Below are positions 9,618-17,958 of a DNA stretch of 32,000 bases, piece after piece. Position 1 is the stretch's first letter. Every line of letters starts with the position of its first letter. A program made the translations under genes and the position numbers. Origin of the DNA: an uncultured Chloroflexia bacterium (lineage in GTDB: Bacteria; Chloroflexota; Ktedonobacteria; Ktedonobacterales; JADMIN01); the NCBI GenBank assembly GCA_963718915.1, contig CAVRAI010000003.1, forward strand, positions 810,001 through 842,000, given 5' to 3'. Under the pieces are notes generated by a model that saw only the letters and a list, made by a program, of their open reading frames with translations, searched no databases and was not told the origin of the DNA.

Positions 9618-9685
9618 TTGACAGCGCACATCTATTTCGATACACTTCTAATTAGATGTACATCAACGTTGACAATCATCGAAAT
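9618..9685 (+). promoter_or_regulatory. Putative sigma70-type promoter plus a palindrome-dense operator region in the divergent oxidoreductase/ArsR intergenic region
   Basis: TTGACA (9618-9623), 17 nt, TACACT (9641-9646). Immediately downstream lie CTAATTAG (9648-9655), GATGTACATC (9655-9664) and CAACGTTG (9664-9671). ATTTCGAT (9634-9641) and ATCGAAAT (9678-9685) are symmetric about the same centre (9659/9660). Confidence 0.5.
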
Positions 9686-9702
9686 GCAATGGAGGAGCGG
9701 TG

Positions 9703-10335
9703 ATGAGCGGACAGGAGCCTGATGACATAGACGCGAACGAGACGAAGAGAGTGACAGAGTCGGACGATCTGCAGACCCTGCTGGTCTACCTCAAGACGCT
9801 GGCGGATCAGACGCGGCTGCGCATTCTGGGGCTGCTGGCGGCGGAGCGGCGCAGTGTCGAGGAGTTGGCGGCCCTGCTGGATCTCAAGCCATCCACCGTC
9901 TCGTGGCATCTGGCGCGGCTGCGCGAGATTGGCCTGGTCGAGATGCGCGCGCAGGGCAACACCCACATCTACCGGATGAACGGCAAGGGGCTGGGGCGCA
10001 TCAATAAGCTGCTGGCAACGCCTGAGCGCGTCGTGATGCTCGGCGATGTCGAGGCGGACGCCTGGGAGCGCAAGGTGCTGCGCGACTTCCTCGAAGAGGG
10101 GCGGCTGAAAGAGATTCCCGTCTATCGCAAGAAGCGGCAGATTATCCTGCGCTGGCTGGTGACGCAGTTCGAGGTGGGACGTGTGTATCCCGAAATAGAG
10201 GTCAACGAGATCATCCAGCGCCATCATCCCGACAGCGCAACGCTGCGCCGCGAGTTGATCGGCGAGAAGCTGATGGCTCGTGAGCATGGGATGTACTGGC
10301 TCCTCGCGCCCACCGAGGAGGAGGCCGAGCCATGA
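9703..10335 (+). CDS. ArsR-family winged-helix transcriptional regulator fused to a DUF2087-like C-terminal domain
   Basis: HTH region LKTLADQTRLRILGLLAAERRSVEELAALLDLKPSTVSWHLARLREIGLV. The C-terminal part (RLKEIPVYRKKRQIILRWLV...YPEIEVNEII...HPDSATLRRELI) resembles DUF2087 as I recall it. GGAGGAG lies 7 nt upstream of ATG 9703; the track start is GTG 9700. Confidence 0.85.
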   Translation: MSGQEPDDIDANETKRVTESDDLQTLLVYLKTLADQTRLRILGLLAAERRSVEELAALLDLKPSTVSWHLARLREIGLVEMRAQGNTHIYRMNGKGLGRINKLLATPERVVMLGDVEADAWERKVLRDFLEEGRLKEIPVYRKKRQIILRWLVTQFEVGRVYPEIEVNEIIQRHHPDSATLRRELIGEKLMAREHGMYWLLAPTEEEAEP

Positions 10336-10350
10336 ACGAATGCTCCAACT

Positions 10351-10815
10351 ATGACGACACAGCGCTATGAGCTGGTATTCATGGACGACCTTGCGCGGGA
10401 TGCCAGCAGGGGTCTCACCGAATCTGAGAAGCGCATTCTCAACCTTGCGCGTGAGGCGCTCGAAGCCGCCGATGCGGTCGTCATCCATTTCGGCGGCAGG
10501 TCGGGTCGGCTGGGCGAGGCGATTGTCGGCACGGCCCTTCTGGAGGGGACGCTGCACACCCTGGCCGCCATCGGCAGACAGCGCACGCCGCTGACGGTCA
10601 TCGTCGATGCCTCCATCGCCGAGGTGATGCCCGTCTCGGAGTATCGCGCGCGCTATTGGCCGGAGATCACCGTGATCGTCGTCGCGCCCGGCGCGGTGGA
10701 CCGGGTGGGCCTGGCGAGCTTTGCCGACCCATCGGCGCGCAACATCCTGGCGCTCGACTTCCACGCCGAACACGATGGGACGCCATACCTGACAATCGAG
10801 GCGCGAGGAGAGTAG
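10351..10815 (+). CDS. N-terminal portion of a GT9-like glycosyltransferase, terminated by an in-frame TAG
   Basis: 154 aa. AVVIHFGGRSGRLGEAIVGTALLEG resembles the N-terminal Rossmann strand/loop of GT9 heptosyltransferase-like enzymes. TAG at 10813-10815 is in the same frame (frame 1) as the next ORF. No clear RBS. Confidence 0.45.
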   Translation: MTTQRYELVFMDDLARDASRGLTESEKRILNLAREALEAADAVVIHFGGRSGRLGEAIVGTALLEGTLHTLAAIGRQRTPLTVIVDASIAEVMPVSEYRARYWPEITVIVVAPGAVDRVGLASFADPSARNILALDFHAEHDGTPYLTIEARGE

Positions 10816-10821
10816 CCGGAC

Positions 10822-11610
10822 ATGCGGGCCTCAGCTCAAACGAGTAAACACATTACCACGCTGGCAAGTCTCCACCGACTGGCGCTCAGGGGTTATGCGG
10901 CGCGCGGGCCGCAGCGGCCGATATGCCGCCTTTTTCGAGGACTGTTTCGCCTTCCCGGTGAGAGACTCCGCGCCGCCGACGTGCAGCCGCACATCTATGT
11001 TCCTGCCGTGGATAGCGCCCGCTACCCACAGTTGGCGCGCGCCTTCGGGCTGGATGCTGACGCGCTGCTCATCGTCTGTTTCTTCCAGTCGGTCGTCGCC
11101 GCCAAGTGCTATGAGCGCTGGGACGAGACGATGGCGTTGATCGCGGCGCATATCGCCGAACGCTTTCCGGACAGGCGGGTGAACTTCTTCATTGCCTGCG
11201 GCTCTGATGCCGCGCAGCCCGTCCATCGGGAAGACCTCGCGGCCATCCTTGGTGGATTCACCGGCAGCCGGAACAACGCGCGCGTGTTCGTGGCCACGAC
11301 GCCATCGCTGCTCGATCTGGCGGTGATCCTGCGGCACGCGACGCTGGCGCTCTCGAATGATACTGGCCCTGGCCATCTGGCGGGCGCGCTCAGCATCCCG
11401 ACCATCACGCCGTTTCTGCCCGGCGCGGTCTACTCGCGGCAGGTCTGGGCTTCCACCACCTGGCATCGGGGCGTCACTATCGACCCCAGCCCCTACAGCT
11501 ATGACACGCTCACGGCTGAGATTTTCGCGGGCCGCACCGACATCATCAACTCTATCCCGCCCGAATACCTCGCCGCCGAGGCAATTGCGCATCTCCAGCC
11601 GCTGTCTTGA
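10822..11610 (+). CDS. C-terminal portion of a GT9-family glycosyltransferase (heptosyltransferase-like)
   Basis: 262 aa. GT9 donor-binding signature LALSNDTGPGHLAGALSIPTITPF. The upstream segment AAKCYERWDETMALIAAHIAERF resembles the xKRWPxxxfaeL region. Same frame as 10351-10815, separated from it only by TAG-CCG-GAC. Confidence 0.7.
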   Translation: MRASAQTSKHITTLASLHRLALRGYAARGPQRPICRLFRGLFRLPGERLRAADVQPHIYVPAVDSARYPQLARAFGLDADALLIVCFFQSVVAAKCYERWDETMALIAAHIAERFPDRRVNFFIACGSDAAQPVHREDLAAILGGFTGSRNNARVFVATTPSLLDLAVILRHATLALSNDTGPGHLAGALSIPTITPFLPGAVYSRQVWASTTWHRGVTIDPSPYSYDTLTAEIFAGRTDIINSIPPEYLAAEAIAHLQPLS

Positions 11611-11639
11611 CAAACTGTTCTATCTGCACTATAACAGTT
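11607..11639 (+). promoter_or_regulatory. Near-consensus promoter with an overlapping inverted repeat (candidate operator) for the PLDc_N/ABC operon
   Basis: TTGACA (11607-11612), 17 nt, TATAAC (11630-11635). The inverted repeat AACTGTT (11614-11620) / AACAGTT (11633-11639) spans the spacer and the -10 element. Confidence 0.55.
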
Positions 11640-11742
11640 AACGACGGGTACCACACTCGCTGACAGTTGAACCGGTAGTCTATGATAGCTCTGAACGTCG
11701 TCGCGATTGTTGGGCATCGCCTGGATGTTGGGAAGGGAAACC

Positions 11743-11952
11743 ATGGACGCATCGCATATCGATACGGGAATACTCCTCGCGATCATCCCGCTGGCCATCA
11801 TCGATCTGGCGATGGTCATCTACTGCATCGTGGATCTCTTCAAGCCGGATCGGAAGGTCAGAGGCAATAACAAGCTGGTCTGGCTGCTCGTGATTCTGCT
11901 CGTCAGTACGCTCGGCTGGCTGGTCTACCTGCTGGCCGGGCGCGAGGAGTAG
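11743..11952 (+). CDS. PLD nuclease N-terminal domain (PLDc_N) small membrane protein
   Basis: 69 aa from ATG 11743 (GGAAGGGA 5 nt upstream). Two TM helices flank the basic loop FKPDRKVRGNNKLVWLLVILL, typical of PLDc_N small proteins. It directly precedes the ABC genes. Confidence 0.75.
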   Translation: MDASHIDTGILLAIIPLAIIDLAMVIYCIVDLFKPDRKVRGNNKLVWLLVILLVSTLGWLVYLLAGREE

Positions 11953-11955
11953 GGG

Positions 11956-12920
<965 letters not shown>

Positions 12921-12924
<4 letters not shown>

Positions 12925-13706
12925 TGGAAGGGTTCAGCGTCTTTCTCCGCAAAGAGTGGCGCGAGGCGGTGCGCAGCAATCGGCTGCTGGTGGTCGCCGC
13001 GGTCTTTCTCGTGCTGGGCATCATCTCGCCGCTGACGGCGAAGTACACGCCGGAACTGCTGAAGGCCATCGGCACGGGCCAGTCGGGCGTCACGATCACC
13101 TTTCCGACGCCGACGGTGAACGACGCGATAGCGCAGTTCATCAAGAATGTCGCCGGGACGGGGATTTTCATCGCTCTTCTGCTGCCGATGGGGATGGTCG
13201 CGCGCGAGAAGGAGCGCGGCACGGCGGCGTTCGTGCTGACCAAGCCGCTCTCGCGGGCGGCGTTTCTCGGCGCGAAGCTGGCCGCGCTGCTGGCGCTGCT
13301 GGGCATCGGCGTCCTGCTCGCTGCGGCGGTCACCTATCTCTACACCGCCATCCTCTTCGAGCCGATAACCGTCGGCGGGTTCATCGCCTGTAGCGCGCTG
13401 GTGCTGCTCTCGCTGATCGTCTACGGGCTGCTGACCTTCCTCGGCAGCACGCTGGTACGCTCGCAGTTGGCGGCGGTGGGCATCGGTCTGGCGGCGTGGG
13501 TGCTGCTCTCGCTTATCGGCATCAGTCCCAGAGCGGCGCAGTTCACCCCGGCTGGCTTGATGGGGCCGGCCACTGCCCTCGCCCAGGGAACCACGCCCGA
13601 CCACCTGTGGCTCTCGGTCATCGCGAACGTGGCGCTGTGCGTCGTCCTGGCGGGGATCGCGTGGCTGGCGTTCCGCCGCCAGGAGCTGACTGGCGCCACG
13701 GAGTAA
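12921..13706 (+). CDS. ABC-2 type transporter permease
   Basis: 261 aa with about 6 TM segments. The start (GTG 12921 or ATG 12924) overlaps the ATPase stop TGA at 12922-12924, indicating translational coupling. Confidence 0.8.
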
Positions 13707-13790
13707 CGGCATGCCCGGTCCGCATGGAGGAGGATGTGTTGCCCTGGGTGGCCATGTCGCTATCTTGGCGTATGGGTGTAGCATGGTGGC

Positions 13791-14150
13791 ATGACGCCCG
13801 ACGACGAAATTGCCCATCTGTGGGCTGAGCATACGCGGCAGCGCGAGCAGATTGTGGCGCTAATGGCGCGCGAGCGCGTGTTAGAAGGCCGTCTCAACAG
13901 GCTGCGCTGGGCGCTGATGCTTGGCGTGCTGGCAGTTCTGCTTGCAACAGGGATTGGCCTGCTGGTTGCGCGGAGCCAGGGCGCGTTTGAGAGTCGGCTG
14001 ACCTACTGGCGCGAGCGCGGGCAGAATTGCGGTGACATACGCTTTAGCCCCAACGGCACGCTCATAGACCAGAGCGAGGCCGACCAGGCGGTAACCTGCT
14101 TCGCTGGCGGCACACGCGATCTGCAAGGCTGCAATACTCACACGGGATGA
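13791..14150 (+). CDS. hypothetical membrane-anchored protein (possibly the 5' part of a frameshifted gene)
   Basis: 119 aa: a charged N-terminal helix, one TM segment (WALMLGVLAVLLATGIGLLVA), then a Cys-containing extracytoplasmic segment that stops at TGA 14148-14150. Confidence 0.55.
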   Translation: MTPDDEIAHLWAEHTRQREQIVALMARERVLEGRLNRLRWALMLGVLAVLLATGIGLLVARSQGAFESRLTYWRERGQNCGDIRFSPNGTLIDQSEADQAVTCFAGGTRDLQGCNTHTG

Positions 14151-14415
14151 GGGCGGTACGGATACCGATGAGACCGACACGTTTGTCGTCGAGCCTTGGA
14201 ACGGCGGCGGGGGCTGTGACGTGGGGCTGCACGTCGAGGGCGGCATCGACGGTGGTAATCGCACAACATCAGTGGACATGCAGTGTGCCCATGTGACAGG
14301 CGCTAGCGGCGAGTTAACGATCAGCGGCTGCCCTGGGTTCGGCGACATTACGCTGCCCGATGGTCAGCCACACCCGGCGCTGCCTTTTACACCGGAGTGG
14401 CGAGTCGTGGACTAG
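14149..14415 (+). pseudogene. Open-frame continuation (+1 frame) of the preceding gene; candidate 3' half of a disrupted gene
   Basis: Frame 1 is open from 14095 (…ICKAAILTRDEGGTDTDETDTFVVEPWNGGGGCDV…) to TAG 14413-14415. The first possible start is only GTG 14221, with no RBS. The Cys-rich character continues from the upstream fragment. Confidence 0.35.
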
Positions 14416-14423
14416 GCGCAAGG

Positions 14424-14528
14424 TTAAGCGTCGCTTGCATGCAAAAGCGCCTCGATAGCGGCGATGGCCTTGGTGTTGTCGCGGAAGAGCACGCCACCAA
14501 TATCGAAGACCACCGCGCGAATCGCCAT
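14424..14528 (-). pseudogene. 34-codon remnant of a HAD-superfamily hydrolase (motif I region only)
   Basis: The reverse strand reads MAIRAVVFDIGGVLFRDNTKAIAAIEALLHASDA-stop. VVFDIGGVL is the HAD motif I region. Full-length HAD proteins are about 200 aa. The fragment abuts the 3' end of the plus-strand ORF. Confidence 0.4.
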
Positions 14529-14615
14529 CGTTGCCTATCTCTTACACTATGAACAACCTTGAGGCGTCCGCATTGTACACCACGCTGTTCAAGGGCGGTC
14601 GAAGATGCGATCCGA

Positions 14616-14624
14616 TGCTATACT
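14616..14624 (+). promoter_or_regulatory. Extended -10 promoter element upstream of the toxin-antitoxin operon
   Basis: TGCTATACT (TG-n-TATACT) lies 44 nt upstream of the antitoxin ATG. No good -35 element was seen. Confidence 0.35.
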
Positions 14625-14667
14625 GAGCAGGTGACGCGCCGCTTTCTGCGGCGAGAAGGAGATCACG

Positions 14668-14895
14668 ATGCAACATGTTACTCCAGAAGAGGCTAGAGCC
14701 CATTTGGCAGAGCTCATAGATGCCGCCATGCGAGGAGAGCGTGTGGTGATTGCCCGCGATGATCAACATGCGGTGCAACTCGTTCCAATATCGCCAACCG
14801 GACAGCGCCGACAGGCCGGTAGCGCGAAGGGTCTTATCGTCATCCGGGAAGACTTCGACGCGCCGCTCGATGATTTCTCCGAGTATGCTCAATGA
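14668..14895 (+). CDS. type II antitoxin, Phd/YefM-like
   Basis: 75 aa. The N-terminus MQHVTPEEARAHLAELIDAAMRGERVVIARDDQHAVQLVPI is typical of the Phd/YefM fold. RBS AAGGAG. Its stop overlaps the toxin ATG (ATGA at 14892-14895). Confidence 0.85.
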   Translation: MQHVTPEEARAHLAELIDAAMRGERVVIARDDQHAVQLVPISPTGQRRQAGSAKGLIVIREDFDAPLDDFSEYAQ

Positions 14896-15279
14896 GATTG
14901 CTACTCGATACACATACATTTTTGTGGTTTCTCTCCGATGATGCGCAGTTGAGTGATCCAGCGCGCAAACTCATCGAGGACGGCGCGAACGAGATCCTTC
15001 TCAAGTATGGCTAGCCTATGGGAAATGGCGATCAAAATCAGCCTGGGGAAGCTGACGATAGGTGGATCGTTCGATACCTTCATCCCTGAACAACTAGCGC
15101 TCAACTCCATTGGGCTACTGGCCATCAGCCTTGCTCACACTGCCGCCATTGCCACCCTTCCATTCCATCATCGCGATCCGTTTGATCGGCTACTGATTGC
15201 GCAATCGATGGTGGAATCTGTTCCCATCGTGAGCAGAGATAGTGTGCTTGACGCGTATGGCGTTACTCGTATGTGGTAG
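14892..15279 (+). pseudogene. vapC: VapC-like PIN-domain toxin disrupted by a 1-nt insertion (around 15003/15004)
   Basis: Frame 0 reads MRLLLDTHTFLWFLSDDAQLSDPARKLIEDGANEILLKYG-stop (TAG 15012-15014). Frame 1 from 15004 continues SMASLWEMAIKISLGKL…HHRDPFDRLLIAQS…VSRD. Joined, they form a canonical PIN protein of about 128 aa. The break separates the first acidic residue (LLLDTH) from the remainder. Confidence 0.8.
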
Positions 15280-15331
15280 AGCACAAGACAGTTCGTGTGT
15301 CCGCAAGGGTAATGAGGCGCTGAGAGTTGCG

Positions 15332-16273
15332 TTACGCGCCAGGCATTTCCTGCTCCGCCTCCGCCACAGCCTCCATCAGTACCGCATCGGCCAGCGGAAC
15401 GCGCCGAAGCGTCACAACCGCCATCTGACGGCTTGTTGGGTTGTCACTGCGTAGTTCCGTTAGCGCATAGTCGCGATAGACCGTCAGGAAGTGGTTCTCG
15501 AACCCCAGTGTGCGCGCGCAGATTGCCCGTAGCCGACCACGATCATCGGGATTCGCGGGAATGCGATACCGCCATTCGCCGCGCACCCACTCAGCCATAT
15601 CATCGAGCAGACCGCTCCATTCGTCACCGATATATGTTCGGTAGATGCTGGCGCATTCGCGCTTGGTCGCCACATATTGTCCAGCCTGGTATGCCACGAG
15701 CGCGGTGGCCATCCATCCCACAGCCCGCATCAGGTTGCGCGTTCCCGCCACCAGTTGCCCATCGGGGAGATGCGTGAGTCGCCGGATGTAGCCATAGAAC
15801 TCGTCGGCTGGGTCGGGATAGGACAGCGGCGCTGCGAGCGGGAGCAGGCGGGAGAACAACCCGAACAGCCGCCAGTACGATGTGTGCATGCGGTCGCGTG
15901 TCCAGACCGACAGCGGCATGAGATCAAGCGTCTGGCAGAGATCAACACCCCAGAGCAGCCGACCGCCCAGTTTCAGCGTCGGCGAGACGCCCGCCCGCAA
16001 GCTTTTTTCATCGATGACGCCGACATCCAGTTCGCCTTCGACCTGCAAAGCATCTTCTGCCAGAAGCTTCTGGATGCGCGCATGCTCACCCTCGCGAAAG
16101 CCATTGGCGATGATGAAATCCAGATCGAGATCGCTGGTAGAGACTGCGCTGGCGTCAGCATAGCTGCCCAGCACATAGACCGCGCGCAAACATCCCGGCA
16201 GCACGGCATGCATCTCGGCAATCAGCCGCCGCACGACCCCATCCATCCGCGCGCTGCCGGTTGACGCGCTCAA
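15332..16273 (-). CDS. nucleotidyltransferase-domain protein (AadA/ANT-like fold with helical C-terminal domain)
   Basis: 313 aa. Pol-beta-type NTase motif VLGSYADASAVSTSDLDLDFII. The C-terminal helical region (NLMRAVGWMATALVAYQAGQYVATKRECASIY) resembles the DUF4111-type domain of adenylyltransferases. TTG start with GGAG 7 nt upstream. Confidence 0.7.
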   Translation of the reverse strand: MSASTGSARMDGVVRRLIAEMHAVLPGCLRAVYVLGSYADASAVSTSDLDLDFIIANGFREGEHARIQKLLAEDALQVEGELDVGVIDEKSLRAGVSPTLKLGGRLLWGVDLCQTLDLMPLSVWTRDRMHTSYWRLFGLFSRLLPLAAPLSYPDPADEFYGYIRRLTHLPDGQLVAGTRNLMRAVGWMATALVAYQAGQYVATKRECASIYRTYIGDEWSGLLDDMAEWVRGEWRYRIPANPDDRGRLRAICARTLGFENHFLTVYRDYALTELRSDNPTSRQMAVVTLRRVPLADAVLMEAVAEAEQEMPGA

Positions 16274-16396
16274 CTTGATCTCCGCCAGATGACCCTCCCG
16301 CCAGCGATTTCCGTTGCCACAGTACGCCCGCCGGTCAGTATAGCGTCAATGCCTCGCGTGCGAGCAGGGGAATTCTGACAATTCTTCCCGCGATGA

Positions 16397-16420
16397 CTTC
16401 TAGCTGTTCTTCTAGCTGTT
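16397..16420. repeat. 12-bp tandem duplication CTTCTAGCTGTT x2
   Basis: 16397-16408 and 16409-16420 are identical. The repeat lies in the divergent intergenic region between the nucleotidyltransferase and the portal gene. Confidence 0.7.
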
Positions 16421-16558
16421 CTCTCTATCCCAATCCGTGACCCCTGCTGGCCATATCTTCACTCCATTGCTGGCGGCTGTCACCCTCGCGCCACTCTCGC
16501 CGCTATGCTACCTTTTGACGAGATAGCGTAGTGGCAGGCGGAGAGGCAGGGGAAAGCG

Positions 16559-17825
16559 ATGGGCGGCAAGCGAAAAGCGCGCGGGCAGCGTGGCGCACAA
16601 CAGACAGTGGCGAGCTTCGCGCCGGGGACGCCGCCCACACCGACCGCGCTGGATAGCATCGGACGGCAGCCGCGCCAGTGGGCCTATCCCGTCGGCTTCA
16701 ACCTTACCCAGCGGCCCCGCGCCACCGAGACAACTACCTTCGAGCAGCTTGCGCAGCCTGGCGGCGCTCTATGACGGCATCCAGATCTGCGAGCGGGTCT
16801 ACTTCGACCTGATTGGGCGGCTGGAGCTACGAGTCTTACCGCGCGCGGAGTTGCTGGCCGAGGGCGAGGACGCCGCCGCGCCACGCTGGCGCGAACCAGC
16901 CCAGCGGATCGAGGCGTTGCTCGAATCGCCCGACCGCATTCAGGATTTGCGCTCATGGCTGGTGGCCTTCGTGCGCGACCTGCTGGAGATCGACGCCGTC
17001 GCCGTCTACACCCGCCGCACGCGCTCCGGCCAGCTCTATGCGTTAGAGTTGATTGCCGGTGAGACGATAAAACCGCTGGTGGATGAGGCCGGTCGCACAC
17101 CAGAGCCACCCGCGCCCGCCTATCAGCAGGTGCTCTATGGCATTGTCGCGGGCGACTATACCCGCGACGAGATGGACTATCTGCGCGAGACCGCCCGCAC
17201 CGAGAGCGTCTACGGTATCTCGCGCGTTGAGCGGATTCTCCTGCGTGTCAATCAGGCGCTGCGCAAGCAGAACTTCGACCTGACCCGCTTCACCGATGGC
17301 GCGACGCCGCTGGGGCTGATTCAGCCGCCCGCCAGCCTCTCCTGGACACCCGACCAACTGGAGACGTTCGAGCGGGCTTTCAATGGGTTGCTGGCGGGCA
17401 ACGATGCCTGGCGCGTGCGGGCGAAGGCGCTGCCGCCGGGGAGTAACTGGCTCGCGCTCGTGGGCGACGATCCGCTGGTTGAGTTCGACCGATTTCTGCT
17501 CAACGTCACCGTCGCCGCCTTCGGTCTGACGATGGATGAACTGGGCTTCACCGACACCAGCAACCGCAGCGTTGGCGAGTCACAGCAAAACGTCGTCTAT
17601 CGCCGCGCTGTGGCGCCGGTCGTCGCGCTGGCCTCCAATTTCCTCACACGCAAAGTGCGCCAGTGGCTCGATCCGCGCTTCACCGTCAGCTTTGGCGGCA
17701 TCGAAGAGCCAGAGGATTTCGCCGCCCGCGCCGAGGCCTTTGCCCGGCTGATTCCGCTCGGCGTCGTCTCGCCCGCCCAGGCCGCGCGTCTGCTCCACCT
17801 GCCCGAGCCAGAACGCCCGCGATAG
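16559..17825 (+). pseudogene. phage portal protein homolog (Phage_portal/HK97-like), frameshifted near 16748-16751; orphan
   Basis: Frame 2 from ATG 16559 reads …RQWAYPVGFNLTQRPRATETTTFEQL and stops at 16772-16774. Frame 0 continues LRSLAALYDGIQICERVYFDLIGRLELRV… to 17825 (the track's 411-aa ORF). Portal-like C-terminal blocks: VTVAAFGLTMDELGF, NRSVGESQQ, and the IEEPEDFAARAEAFARLIPLGVVSPAQAARLLHLP tail. No terminase, capsid or protease gene is nearby. Confidence 0.7.
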
Positions 17826-17900
17826 ATGAGGGATGCTCTTGACACCTATGTTGCGCGGCTGATAGCGTGATAGTATTGAATTGGTCCATGATCGTGGCGT

Positions 17901-17924
17901 ATTGCCGCATTGCCGCATTGCCGC
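17901..17924. repeat. 8-bp tandem repeat ATTGCCGC x3
   Basis: 17901-17908, 17909-17916 and 17917-17924 are identical. The repeat lies 35-58 nt upstream of ATG 17959. TTGACA is at 17839-17844, further upstream. Confidence 0.7.
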
Positions 17925-17958
17925 ATCAGCCACCGTTGAGTGATCCGCGAGGCGTGCT

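Noticed and set aside
9676-10773. 365-aa minus-strand ORF, and similar long antisense ORFs (383-1012 -, 2344-3096 -, 3735-4796 +, 12690-13832 -, 22845-23654 +, 25484-26182 -, 28760-29842 -).
   Set aside because: Each lies opposite a gene with strong family motifs. Their translations are Arg/Ala/Pro/Gly-rich low-complexity strings typical of shadow ORFs in high-GC DNA. None has recognisable motifs or an RBS.
10813-10815. TAG in the GT9 gene read as pyrrolysine or programmed read-through.
   Set aside because: Nothing in the window suggests Pyl machinery or a read-through context, and other genes here use TAG as an ordinary stop (for example 456-458, 1007-1009, 14413-14415). A nonsense mutation or base error is more parsimonious.
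15332-16273. The nucleotidyltransferase as a CBASS CD-NTase or as the MNT half of an MNT-HEPN toxin-antitoxin pair.
   Set aside because: No effector, HEPN or Cap-type gene is adjacent. The C-terminal helical domain resembles adenylyltransferase (AadA/DUF4111-like) proteins instead. The GSx…DxD motif alone is generic to the Pol-beta superfamily.
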